Origin: an uncultured Candidatus Saccharibacteria bacterium
Lineage (GTDB): Bacteria > Patescibacteriota > Minisyncoccia > UBA6257 > 2-01-FULL-56-20
Reading direction: 5' to 3'
NCBI GenBank assembly: GCA_964484655.1
Contig: CAZAFA010000001.1
Location: 97,518 to 161,517, forward strand
DNA: 64,000 nucleotides
How positions within the stretch are numbered: position 1 is the stretch's first letter; each line of letters opens with the position of its first letter. The notes beneath the pieces are model-generated. The model saw only the letters and a list, made by a program, of their open reading frames with translations, had not been told where the DNA came from and searched no databases. Both the position numbers and the translations under genes were made by a program. This document shows positions 35,955-45,464 of the stretch, one piece after another.

Positions 35955-37055
35955 ATGGCTGAGAAGAAGCCAGCTCGCCTCGAGCTGCACATGGTCAAGT
36001 ACACGCCGCCGCCTGCGGACCTGCCGGTGTACGGCTCGGTGCCGGCCGGCAAGCTCACCGTGATGGGGCGCAGCACGTACGTCGCGCCCATGACCGACGA
36101 GCAGGGCTACGTCTTCGGCATCCTCGAGGAGGACCGCGCGTCGGGAGTGCACGTGATCGGGCGCGCCGGCTCGGGGAGGACGAAGCTCCTCGAGGCCATG
36201 GCGCGGCAGGACCTGGCTGCGCGACGGCCGATCGCCGTGATCGACGCGAGCGGGGACCTGATCGCGAGCCTTCTGGGCGGCATGGGCGAGGAGGCGCGCA
36301 AGGCGGCGGTCGTGATAGGGGAAGGGTATCCGGGAGGCATCGATCTGCTCCCGCAGCCGGGGCAGGAGTTCCTCTTCGCGGACACGCTCGCCGAGGCCGC
36401 GGCGGAGTTCGCCGGCACCGGCTTCGACCCGAAGCTCAGGCGCGTCATCGCCGCCGAGCTCGCGGCGCGTCCGGCCTCGATGCTCGAGCTCGCCGAGCGC
36501 CTCAAGGGCAACGAGGACGCGGCCGCGGTCTCGGACATGCTCGAGGAGATCCTCGCGTACCCGACCGGCAAGGAGATCCTCGGCGGCGGGCATCCGCCGA
36601 CGGGCACGATCTTCGCGCTCCTGCAGCCGGCAGAGCTCGGCTTCTCCCGCGCCCGCGCGCTCGCGCACCTGGTCTCGGACGCGGTCATCCGCGCGCACGC
36701 GGAGGAGCGCCTCCTGCCGCTCTACGTGGACGGGCTCGAGATCCTCTCGGGACGCGGCGGCCTGCAGCTGCTGCGCGACATGCATACGCACCGGATCGCG
36801 CCGGTACTCGCGCACCGCATCTACGCCGACATCTCGCCGGCGGTGCTCTCGACGATCTCGGGCACCATCGGGACCGAGGTGGCGTTCCGGCTCTCGGGCG
36901 AGGATGCCAGCCGCGCGCGCAACGAGTTCTCGCAGACGTTCGACGTCCGCGACTTCCTCGTGATGGGCTCGCGCCAGTGCTACGTGCGCCTCCAGATCAG
37001 GGGCGAGCTCCGCGAGCCGTTCTCGGCGGAGACGCTGCCCCTCGTGCGGCAGTGA
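35955..37055 (+). CDS. Degenerate HerA/TraD-like ATPase paralogue
   Basis: Walker A GRAGSGRT, VIDASGDL, LYVDG, PFSAETLP; colinear with 38516-40210. Confidence 0.75.
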   Translation: MAEKKPARLELHMVKYTPPPADLPVYGSVPAGKLTVMGRSTYVAPMTDEQGYVFGILEEDRASGVHVIGRAGSGRTKLLEAMARQDLAARRPIAVIDASGDLIASLLGGMGEEARKAAVVIGEGYPGGIDLLPQPGQEFLFADTLAEAAAEFAGTGFDPKLRRVIAAELAARPASMLELAERLKGNEDAAAVSDMLEEILAYPTGKEILGGGHPPTGTIFALLQPAELGFSRARALAHLVSDAVIRAHAEERLLPLYVDGLEILSGRGGLQLLRDMHTHRIAPVLAHRIYADISPAVLSTISGTIGTEVAFRLSGEDASRARNEFSQTFDVRDFLVMGSRQCYVRLQIRGELREPFSAETLPLVRQ

Positions 37056-37768
37056 AGGCCGCCGAGGACTTCCCGCGGCGCATCAACAAGCATCTCGCGA
37101 TGCTCGGCGTCGACACGCGGCGCGGCGCGGACGACCTGATCAAGGCCGGGAAGGTGACGATCAACGGGGCCGTCGCCAAGGCGGGGGACTGGGTGCATGA
37201 AGGCGACCGCGTCGAGGTCGCGGGCGCCGGGCCGAAGCGGTACGCCTACTTCGCGTACCACAAGCCGGTCGGGGTGGTCACGCACTCGCCCCAGGAAGGG
37301 GAGACCGGCATCAAGGAGCGGACGGCGTTCTCCGGCATGCCGAAGGACGTCTTCCCGCTCGGGCGCCTCGACAAGGCGTCCTCCGGCCTAATCCTCCTCA
37401 CCAACGACGGCCGCGTCACCGACCGCCTCCTGAACCCGAAGTTCGCGCACGACAAGGAATATATCGTCACGACGAAGGAGCGCATCGGGCCGAGCTTCCA
37501 GCGCATCCTGACCAAGGGCGTCGACATCGGCGGGTACGTGACGCTGCCGAGCGTGGTGAAGCTGCGCGGCGACCACGAGTTCTCGATCCAGCTCCGGGAG
37601 GGGAAGAAGCACCAGATCCGGCGCATGGTCGTCGCACTCCGCAACGACGTGGTCACGCTCAAGCGGATACGGGTCATGAACGTCCGTCTCGGGACGCTCA
37701 AGCCCGGACAGGCGCGGCCGATCGAGGGCGAGGAGCTCGAGACGTTCCTGAAGGGGCTCGGCCTGTAG
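37052..37768 (+). CDS. RsuA/RluB/F-family pseudouridine synthase
   Basis: S4 domain, GRLDKASSGLILLTNDG, EGKKHQIRRM. Confidence 0.93.
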   Translation: MKAAEDFPRRINKHLAMLGVDTRRGADDLIKAGKVTINGAVAKAGDWVHEGDRVEVAGAGPKRYAYFAYHKPVGVVTHSPQEGETGIKERTAFSGMPKDVFPLGRLDKASSGLILLTNDGRVTDRLLNPKFAHDKEYIVTTKERIGPSFQRILTKGVDIGGYVTLPSVVKLRGDHEFSIQLREGKKHQIRRMVVALRNDVVTLKRIRVMNVRLGTLKPGQARPIEGEELETFLKGLGL

Positions 37769-37858
37769 GTTGCAAAATATATAAAAAGTGCTATAATACT
37801 GGACGGTTAGCAGGCTTCGGCCTGCCGATACATCTGATACATAAGGAGACTGAATTTT

Positions 37859-38428
37859 ATGTTCGAAGGCGTCATCGCCAATCACAACGGAACCGGCTTC
37901 TCGAAGCTGGACAGGGATCTCTTGACCTTCCTGCGCGAGCGGGAAGCCAACAAGAAAGGATGGCACTCGTATAGCCATAGCGTGGGCAACCTCAGCTACG
38001 GGATCCGGGCGAAGTCCGTCGGAAACGACCTGATCGTGACCGTCAACGGCTTCTGCGTGCACAACACGCGGGAGAAGCGCCGCGTCGGGATTGCACTTCT
38101 CGAGGACAGCGCGCTCACGCTCGCGATCGGTCATGACATCGCGCTGATCGTCCCCACGGAGGATCTCGAGATGACCTGGGCGGTCAGGAAGCTCTTCCCG
38201 AACTTCCGCGCCGACCTCGCGCCGCATCTCGGTCGCGTGTTCGAGCTTGTCGAGTCTTACCTCAGAGGCGACGCCTCCAAGACGCTCAAGGCTCGTCTCG
38301 ACCCGGTCGCCGGGTTTCTCGGTCGCGACGTGAAGCACTGCATCAAACGGCTCGAGGAGCTCGTGCCCGAAAGAAAGGCGGAGCGAATCAACAACAGCAT
38401 GGCGACGCAGCTTGCTGCACTCGCCTGA
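37859..38428 (+). CDS. Hypothetical protein (stand-alone unit)
   Basis: TTGCAA-N16-TATAAT promoter, AAGGAG SD, downstream hairpin with T-tract. Confidence 0.7.
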   Translation: MFEGVIANHNGTGFSKLDRDLLTFLREREANKKGWHSYSHSVGNLSYGIRAKSVGNDLIVTVNGFCVHNTREKRRVGIALLEDSALTLAIGHDIALIVPTEDLEMTWAVRKLFPNFRADLAPHLGRVFELVESYLRGDASKTLKARLDPVAGFLGRDVKHCIKRLEELVPERKAERINNSMATQLAALA

Positions 38429-38515
38429 TCCACTCAAAGGAGGCCCCGTTCGCGGGGTCTTTTCGCATCCCGGGCGCACGGATAATTCATCCGGCCCCTG
38501 ATATACTGGCCTCGT

Positions 38516-40210
38516 ATGGCAGAGGACCAGGAGGACGTAACCTTCATCGGACGCACGGACTTCCGCGGCGCGGAGCGGCTCTTCGGCGTGAAGCGGAAGG
38601 ACCGCCGCCAGCACATGTACATCATCGGCAAGTCCGGCACGGGAAAGTCGACGCTCATCGGCAACATGCTCGTCCAGGACGTCGCCAACGGGGAGGGCGT
38701 CGCGGTCGTGGACCCGCACGGCGAGCTCGTCGAGGGCATCATGCGGAAGATCCCGCAGAGCCGCGCCGCGGACGTCGTGTACTTCAACCCGGCCGATCTC
38801 GAGTACTCCATCGGCTTCAACGTCCTCGAGCTGACCGACCCGGACGACCCCAAGGAGAAGAACCTGGTGGCCTCGGGCCTCATGAGCATCTTCGCGAAGA
38901 TCTGGGAGGGCGCCTGGTCCTCGCGCATGGAGCACATCCTGCTCAACACCATCCTCGCGCTCCTCGACAACCCGGGCTCGACGCTCCTCGGCATCCCGCG
39001 CATGTACGCGGACGCCGCGTACCGCCAGGCGATCCTCAACAACGTCACGGACCCGTCCGTGCTCTCGTTCTGGCTCAACGAGTACGCGACCTGGGACGAC
39101 CGCTACCGCAAGGAGGCGATCGCGCCAATCCAGAACAAGGTCGGCCGCTTCCTCTCCACGCCGCTGGTGCGCAACATCGTCGGTCAGAGCAAGAGCACCA
39201 TCGACCTGTACAAGCTCATGAACGAGGGGAAGATCTTCCTCGTGAACCTCTCCAAGGGCATGATCGGCGAGGACAACTCCGCGCTCCTCGGCGCGATGCT
39301 CATCACCAAGATCCAGCTCTCGGCCATGCGCCGCGTGGAGATCAAGGACGAGGACGAGCGCGTCGACTTCTACCTCTACGTCGACGAGTTCCAGAACTTC
39401 GCCACGGACTCCTTCGCGACCATCCTCTCCGAGGCGCGCAAGTACCGACTCAACCTCGTCGTGGCCCACCAGTACATCGGCCAGCTCGTCACGGACGCCT
39501 CGTCGCGCGTCCGCGACGCGATCTTCGGCAACGTCGGCACCATGCTCAGCTTCCGCGTCGGCGCCGACGATGCCGCCTTCCTGGAGCGGGAGTTCTCGCC
39601 GGAATTCACGGTGCACGATCTCATAAACCTCCCGAACCGCCGCATCTTCATCAAGCTCATGGTCGACGGCGTCTCCTCCCGCCCGTTCTCTGCCGCCACG
39701 CTCCCGCCGTTCAAGGCGACGGAGATCAGCATCCCTGAGGACGAGGTCGTCGCCAGCTCCCGGAAACGCTACGCGCGGCCGCGCTACCAGGTGGAGACGG
39801 AGATCAACCAGAGCTCCGGACTCGGCGGCGCCCAGCAGATGCGCGACCGCGCCGCGGCGCCGGGCGAGCGGCGCACCCCGCGCGTGCGCGCCCAGCAGGC
39901 GGATCCGGGGGACCTCGCCGCGCTCGGCTTCGACATCGCGCAGGCGACCCGGCCCCGCCCCCCGCGTCCCGCGCCCCGCCAGCATGCGTCGGCACCGCAC
40001 CCGCCGGCCCCGCGTCCGCGCGCTCCGGGCCAGGCGCCCGAGCGGCGTCCCGCGCCCCGCGCTTCAGAACCCGCGCGCGGGACCGGCGGGATCTCGCTCG
40101 CCGAACTCGGCCGGGCGCCCGGCAAGGAGGCGCCTGCCAAGCCCCAGGTCGACGTCAACGCCATGAAGGATGCCATCGCCAAAGCGCTCGAGAGCAGGAA
40201 AGAGGACTAG
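38516..40210 (+). CDS. TraD/VirD4/HerA-like (type IV coupling protein-like) ATPase with Pro/Arg-rich tail
   Basis: GKSGTGKST, VDPHGEL, LYVDEFQNF, LSEARKYRL, AIFGNVGT. Confidence 0.9.
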   Translation: MAEDQEDVTFIGRTDFRGAERLFGVKRKDRRQHMYIIGKSGTGKSTLIGNMLVQDVANGEGVAVVDPHGELVEGIMRKIPQSRAADVVYFNPADLEYSIGFNVLELTDPDDPKEKNLVASGLMSIFAKIWEGAWSSRMEHILLNTILALLDNPGSTLLGIPRMYADAAYRQAILNNVTDPSVLSFWLNEYATWDDRYRKEAIAPIQNKVGRFLSTPLVRNIVGQSKSTIDLYKLMNEGKIFLVNLSKGMIGEDNSALLGAMLITKIQLSAMRRVEIKDEDERVDFYLYVDEFQNFATDSFATILSEARKYRLNLVVAHQYIGQLVTDASSRVRDAIFGNVGTMLSFRVGADDAAFLEREFSPEFTVHDLINLPNRRIFIKLMVDGVSSRPFSAATLPPFKATEISIPEDEVVASSRKRYARPRYQVETEINQSSGLGGAQQMRDRAAAPGERRTPRVRAQQADPGDLAALGFDIAQATRPRPPRPAPRQHASAPHPPAPRPRAPGQAPERRPAPRASEPARGTGGISLAELGRAPGKEAPAKPQVDVNAMKDAIAKALESRKED

Positions 40211-40874
40211 GCCGCGCATCCGCTTCACGATCCTGACGGCGACTCCCGAGGTCGTCGCGCCGTACGCGGCGGGATCGGTGCTCGGCCGCGCGCAGAAAGC
40301 CGGCATCATAGCCGTGGAAACGGTGCCGCTGCGCGACTTCGCCGACCCGCCGCACTACCACATCGACGACCGCCCGTTCGGCGGGGGACCGGGCATGGTC
40401 CTCAAGGTGGAGCCGATCGCCCGCGCGGTGAAGGCCGCGATCCCGCGCAAGAGCGCCGGCGCACGCGTCATCCTGTTCTCGACGCGCGGGCGCGTCTTCG
40501 ACCAGAAGGAGGCGGAGCGACTGTCGAAGTACCGGCATCTCGTCTTCGTGTGCGGCCGCTACGAGGGCGTCGACGAGCGCGTGGCCGAGCATCTCGCCGA
40601 CGAGGAGCTGAGCCTCGGCGACTTCGTGCTCACCGGGGGCGAGCTGCCCGCGCTGACGGTCATCGACGCGGTCTCGCGCCTCGTGCCCGGCGTTCTGGGC
40701 AAGACCGAGTCCCTGGAGGGGATCAAGGGCAGCTTCCCGACCTACACCCGTCCCGCGTCCTACGCGCCGGGCAGGGGCAAGGTCACCTGGGACGTCCCTG
40801 ACGTGCTCGCCTCGGGCAATCACGCGGAGATAGAGCGGTGGCGACGTTCCGCCGGCTCTCAGGGGACGCGGTAG
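40170..40874 (+). CDS. trmD: tRNA (guanine-N1)-methyltransferase
   Basis: DDRPFGGGPGMVL, CGRYEGVDER, GDFVLTGGE, SGNHAEI; start uncertain. Confidence 0.95.
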   Translation: MPSPKRSRAGKRTRPRIRFTILTATPEVVAPYAAGSVLGRAQKAGIIAVETVPLRDFADPPHYHIDDRPFGGGPGMVLKVEPIARAVKAAIPRKSAGARVILFSTRGRVFDQKEAERLSKYRHLVFVCGRYEGVDERVAEHLADEELSLGDFVLTGGELPALTVIDAVSRLVPGVLGKTESLEGIKGSFPTYTRPASYAPGRGKVTWDVPDVLASGNHAEIERWRRSAGSQGTR

Positions 40875-41956
40875 CGCTCGGCGCGGCAGGCCTGGTCGTC
40901 GGTACCGCGCTCGCCGCGCTGGGCGCTCCGTCCCTGCCCGTCCTCGCGTCCGCCGCGGGCTGTTCGTTGCTGCGCGTCAGAGGCAGGGGAGTCCTCTGCG
41001 CCAGCCTGCTCGCCGGCGCGCTCCTCGCGGGAGCGCGCGGCGTGGGGATGCGTGCCGAGATCCTCGATCCGCTCGACGGGACGCGGGACCGCCTGCTCCG
41101 CCCGCTCGTCGCCGCGATCCCGGGCGAAGCGGGCGCGCTCGCTGCTGGCCTGACGCTCGGGGAGAGCCGGTACTTCAGCCGCGCCTTCCGGGACGCGATG
41201 CGCGCGAGCGCGACCACGCACCTGGTAGCGCTCTCCGGCTTCAACGTGATGCTCGTCCTCGGCTTCGCGCGACGCCTGTTCCGGCTCTGGTTCGCGCTGC
41301 GGGAGGAGGCGCTCCTCGGCGTCCTGTTCCTCGCCGCGTTCGTCGCACTCGCAGGATTGCAGCCGTCCCTGCTGCGCGCGGCGATCATGGGGACCGCGCT
41401 TCTCGTTGCTCAGCTGGCTGGAAGACGCGTCGCGCCTGCACGCCTACTGCTGCTCGCCGCGGCGCTGATCCTGCTCTACGACCCGCGCCTTGCGACCCAT
41501 CTCGGATTTATCCTGTCGTTTATCAGCAGCTGGGCCCTGATGGCTATCTTCGGGGACGTGGAACGCTTCCTCGCAACCGGCATGCGCCTCGGCGCGACGA
41601 TCCGCAGAGTCCTGGTGCCGACGCTCGTCGCGCAGCTCGGCGTCGCGCCGGCGCTCCTGGCGACCGTCGGCTCGGTCTCGCTGATCGGCCTCGCCGTGAA
41701 CCCGGTCGCGATCGCGATGACCCCGTTCCTGACCGCGCTCTCGGGCGCGACGCTCCTCCTCGCGCACGCGGCGCCCCCGCTCGCCGCGCTCCTGGGACCC
41801 CTCGCGGGACTCGCAGGACTGCCCGCGATCGCCGCGATCACGCTCGCGGCGCGGCTGCCGCTCGAGGTCGCGGTAGCGGTCCCTGCGTGGGCGGCCTGCG
41901 TCCTCTACGCCGGCAGCGTCCTCTGGTCGCTGAAGCGGAAGCCGGAGCTATGGTGA
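40838..41956 (+). CDS. comEC: ComEC/Rec2 competence membrane domain
   Basis: THLVALSGFNV, PSLLRAAIM, GFILSF motifs. Confidence 0.88.
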   Translation: MATFRRLSGDAVALGAAGLVVGTALAALGAPSLPVLASAAGCSLLRVRGRGVLCASLLAGALLAGARGVGMRAEILDPLDGTRDRLLRPLVAAIPGEAGALAAGLTLGESRYFSRAFRDAMRASATTHLVALSGFNVMLVLGFARRLFRLWFALREEALLGVLFLAAFVALAGLQPSLLRAAIMGTALLVAQLAGRRVAPARLLLLAAALILLYDPRLATHLGFILSFISSWALMAIFGDVERFLATGMRLGATIRRVLVPTLVAQLGVAPALLATVGSVSLIGLAVNPVAIAMTPFLTALSGATLLLAHAAPPLAALLGPLAGLAGLPAIAAITLAARLPLEVAVAVPAWAACVLYAGSVLWSLKRKPELW

Positions 41957-42756
41957 GATGGTTCCTCGTCGCGGCGTTCGCGCTCGGCGGCGGCGCTGCG
42001 CTGCTTGCGACGCGTCCGGCAGCGGCCGCGCCGCGCCTGACCGTGCTCGACGTCGGCCAGGGGGACAGCGTCGTCATCGACGCCGGCCTCGCAGTCATGG
42101 TGGACACGGGAAATCCGGGATCGCAGGCGCTCGCAAAGGCGCGCGCCCGGGGTCATGCTGTCCGCGCGCTCCTGATCTCGCACCTCCACGACGACCACGC
42201 GGGGGACGCGTCCGCGGTGATCGCCTCCGGCATCACGGCGGCTTTCTGGAACGGCCGGACCGGCGGGGCGCTGCACGAGAAGCTGCACGCGGCAGCGGCG
42301 GATGCTGGCGTGCCGCTCGTCGCGGTCGTGCCCGGGGACCGCATCCGCGCCGGCGGCGCGACGCTCCGGGTGATCGGACCGGACCGCGGCTATCTCACCA
42401 GCGGCGACCCGAACGACACCTCGCTCTCGATCCGCGCCGAGCTGCCCGGCTTCGCCGCCATCCTCACCGGCGACGCTAATCTCGAGGGCGAGGAGGCGCT
42501 GCCTCCGGCGCTGCTCCGCGCCGACGTCCTCAAGGTCGGCCACCACGGCTCCAGGACGAGCTCCGGCGAGGTCTTCCTCGCTCGGGTCTCGCCGCGGATC
42601 GCGCTCGTCTCGAGCGGGGCAGGGAACCGGTACGGCCATCCCGCGCCTGAGGCGCTCGCGCGCCTCCGCGCCGCCGGCGCCGCGGTCTACCGGACCGATC
42701 AGGCGGGCACGATGACCGTGACGTTCGAAGGCGCCGGACTGCGGGTGCTCCGCTAG
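41950..42756 (+). CDS. ComEC-type metallo-beta-lactamase nuclease domain (separate gene)
   Basis: DVGQGDS, SHLHDDHAG, TGD, KVGHHGS, NRYGHP, RTD. Confidence 0.9.
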   Translation: MVRWFLVAAFALGGGAALLATRPAAAAPRLTVLDVGQGDSVVIDAGLAVMVDTGNPGSQALAKARARGHAVRALLISHLHDDHAGDASAVIASGITAAFWNGRTGGALHEKLHAAAADAGVPLVAVVPGDRIRAGGATLRVIGPDRGYLTSGDPNDTSLSIRAELPGFAAILTGDANLEGEEALPPALLRADVLKVGHHGSRTSSGEVFLARVSPRIALVSSGAGNRYGHPAPEALARLRAAGAAVYRTDQAGTMTVTFEGAGLRVLR

Positions 42757-42770
42757 GGTATACTCCTTCC

Positions 42771-43892
42771 GTGCAGGGCATCCGCCGCATCTTCAGACGG
42801 GCCCACGCGGCCGACACGATGCTGTCGGCCCTCCTTGCGCTGCTGGTGGTCGGCGGGCTGGTCATCCTCTCGTCGGCGGCGAGCAACCTCGGGGAGGTGA
42901 AGTACGGCGACTCGTACTACTTCATCAAGCACCAGATCCTCTACGGCCTGTCGATCGGCATCATCGGCTACCTGGTCGCCAGCCGCCTGGACTACCGCGT
43001 CCTCAAGAAGGCGGCCTTCCCGCTGCTTATCCTCTCCATCGCGCTGCTCGCGGCGGTCTTCACGCCTCTCGGCGTCTCCTCGGCGCTCGGCTCGGCCACG
43101 CGCTGGGTCGGCTTCGGGCCGTTCGTCTTCCAGCCGGGCGAGCTGCTGAAGCTGACCTACATCCTGTACCTGGCCGCCTGGCTCTCGGGCGCCAAGCGCC
43201 AGCGCACCGAGGACATCAAGACCGGCCTCGTGCCGTTCCTGATCGTCTCGGGCGTCATCGCCGCGCTGCTCCTCGCCCAGCCGGCGACCTCCATCGTCGT
43301 CATCCTCATCGGCTCGGGCGTCCTCCTGTACCTGTTCAGCGGCGCGCCGTGGCGGTACGTCATCGCGTCCGGCCTCGCGGCCGCGGTCCTGCTGGGCGGG
43401 ATCATCATGTCCAGCGAGTACCGGCGCGAGCGCGTCATGACGTTCATCAACCCGGACGCGGATACCCAGAACACCGGCTTCCACGTGAACCAGTCCCTGA
43501 TCGCCATCGGCTCCGGCGGCTTCACCGGCGTCGGCTACGGGAAGTCCACGACCAAGATCACGTACCTGCCCACGCCCGCCGACGACTCCATCTTCGCGGT
43601 GGCGGCGGAGGAGTTCGGCTTCATCGGCAGCAGCCTCCTCGTCTCGCTCTTCGCGCTGCTGGTGATACGCATGTACATGCTCGCCTGGCGCACCAAGGAG
43701 CAGTTCGGGCAGCTGCTGCTGGTCGGGTTCGGGACCGTGATCCTGTTCCAGTCGATGGTGAACATGGCGGCGATATCAGGCCTCATGCCGCTCACGGGCG
43801 TGCCGCTGCCGTTCATCAGCTACGGCGGCACCGCGCTTGCTATATTCATGACCATGGTCGGCATAGCCAGCAACGTGAGCGCGAACAACTGA
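42771..43892 (+). CDS. ftsW: SEDS-family glycosyltransferase FtsW
   Basis: ATRW...FQPGE, AIGSGG, EEFGF, TGVPLPFISYGG; directly before murG. Confidence 0.9.
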   Translation: MQGIRRIFRRAHAADTMLSALLALLVVGGLVILSSAASNLGEVKYGDSYYFIKHQILYGLSIGIIGYLVASRLDYRVLKKAAFPLLILSIALLAAVFTPLGVSSALGSATRWVGFGPFVFQPGELLKLTYILYLAAWLSGAKRQRTEDIKTGLVPFLIVSGVIAALLLAQPATSIVVILIGSGVLLYLFSGAPWRYVIASGLAAAVLLGGIIMSSEYRRERVMTFINPDADTQNTGFHVNQSLIAIGSGGFTGVGYGKSTTKITYLPTPADDSIFAVAAEEFGFIGSSLLVSLFALLVIRMYMLAWRTKEQFGQLLLVGFGTVILFQSMVNMAAISGLMPLTGVPLPFISYGGTALAIFMTMVGIASNVSANN

Positions 43893-43893
43893 C

Positions 43894-45015
43894 ATGGCGC
43901 GGCGCATACTCTTCACGGGCGGCGGGAGCGGGGGACACGTGTACCCGCTGCTCGCGGTCGCCGAGGCGCTCCACGACCTCGACATCTCCGAGAGCGTCGA
44001 GCTGTACTACCTCGGCCCGCACGACGCGTACGGGCACCTGTTCGAGCAGCTCGACACGAAGGTGTACGGCATCGCCGGCGCGAAGCTTCGGCGGTACGCC
44101 TCGCTGGACAACCTGCTCGACGTGCCGAAGTTCTGCATCTCGATTCTGCAGGCGTTCTGGCGCGTCTTCCTGATCATGCCCGACGTGGTGTTCTCCAAGG
44201 GCGGCCCGGGAGCGCTCCCGGTGGTCTTCGCCGCCTGGTTCTACCGCGTGCCGGTGCTCATCCACGAGTCAGACGTCGTTCCCGGCCTCACGAACCGCAT
44301 CTCCGCGCGCTTCGCGCGCCGCGTCGCGGTGAGCTTCCAGGAGGCGATGGCCTCGTTCCCGCCGCAGAAGGTCGCGTGGACGGGACACCCTGAGCGCCGC
44401 TCGATCCGCGAGGCAGGACTCACGCGCGAGGCGGCCAAGGCGCGTCTCGGCTTCATGACGGACGAGCCGCTCGTCGTTTTCGTCGGCGGGTCGCAGGGCT
44501 CGCAGCGCCTCAACGTGGCAGCCCTCGAGAGCCTGCAGCTGCTGGCGCCGCTCACGGCGGTGCTGCATCAGGCCGGCCCGGGCAACGAGGAGGAGGCGGC
44601 CAAGCTCGCCGAGGCCGGGATGCTCGGCATCGAGGGTACGGTCGCGGCGCGCCATCCGTGGCGCGTCGTGCCGTACCTCCTCGATATCGGCGTCGCGCTG
44701 ACCGCCGCGGACCTCGTTGTCTCGCGCGCCGGCAGCGGCAGCATCTTCGAGATCGCCTCGTTCGGACGCGCCGCGATCCTGGTCCCGCTCGAGGAGTCGG
44801 CCAACGACCACCAGCGCATGAACGCCATCGCCTTCATGCAGGCTGGCGCGGCCGCGGTCATCGAGGAAGGGAACCTCGTTCCCGGCATCCTCGCGCGCAC
44901 CGCGGGCGCCATCCTCGGCGATCCCGCCCGGCGTCAGCAGATGGAGATCGCCAGCCGCGAGTTCTCCAAGATGGACGGGGCGACGATCATCGCCTCGGAG
45001 CTGCTGCGGCTCTAG
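43894..45015 (+). CDS. murG: MurG GlcNAc transferase
   Basis: GGGSGGHVYP, GGSQGS, SRAGS, HQ..NA. Confidence 0.96.
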   Translation: MARRILFTGGGSGGHVYPLLAVAEALHDLDISESVELYYLGPHDAYGHLFEQLDTKVYGIAGAKLRRYASLDNLLDVPKFCISILQAFWRVFLIMPDVVFSKGGPGALPVVFAAWFYRVPVLIHESDVVPGLTNRISARFARRVAVSFQEAMASFPPQKVAWTGHPERRSIREAGLTREAAKARLGFMTDEPLVVFVGGSQGSQRLNVAALESLQLLAPLTAVLHQAGPGNEEEAAKLAEAGMLGIEGTVAARHPWRVVPYLLDIGVALTAADLVVSRAGSGSIFEIASFGRAAILVPLEESANDHQRMNAIAFMQAGAAAVIEEGNLVPGILARTAGAILGDPARRQQMEIASREFSKMDGATIIASELLRL

Positions 45016-45094
45016 TTGTCAATCGGCGCGGAATGCGTATAAAGAGTGCAGCGCTGCGCCTGCAGCGACTTACCATCGGAAAAGGAGATCGCAT

Positions 45095-45403
45095 ATGCAG
45101 AGCATCATGCACGAGCCGGCCGCGTCGCGGCCGAGCAACTACACCCTGATCATCACCCTGGCGTTCCTGCTCGTCGCCACGACCGTGGCGGCGCTGCTGC
45201 TGACGACCAGCCTGTTCTGGCTCGCCGGCGTCGCCGGAGGAATCCTCGGGTGGCTGTTCTTCGTCCTCCTGGGACGGGAAGCGGACGAGACGACCGCGAG
45301 CGGCTTGGAGGTCATGGCATTCAGGACCTTCGTGAGCCTCGTGCTTATCGCCACGGGACCGGTTCTCTGCCTGTTCGTGGCCGCCGTCGGCTGGCTGCGC
45401 TGA
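45095..45403 (+). CDS. Small three-TM protein
   Basis: AAGGAG SD; terminator AAGCCGAGGC/GCCTCGGCTTTT downstream. Confidence 0.65.
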   Translation: MQSIMHEPAASRPSNYTLIITLAFLLVATTVAALLLTTSLFWLAGVAGGILGWLFFVLLGREADETTASGLEVMAFRTFVSLVLIATGPVLCLFVAAVGWLR

Positions 45404-45464
45404 CCAAGGATAAGTAAAGGGAAGCCGAGGCACGCGCCTCGGCTTTTCCGTCTCCGGTGCTACT

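Noticed and set aside
33213-36815. Very long antisense or alternate-frame ORFs (also 9906-12548, 15929-17737, 37388-40000, 56208-59552)
   Set aside because: Shadow ORFs caused by high GC3 in real genes on the other strand; no motifs of their own.
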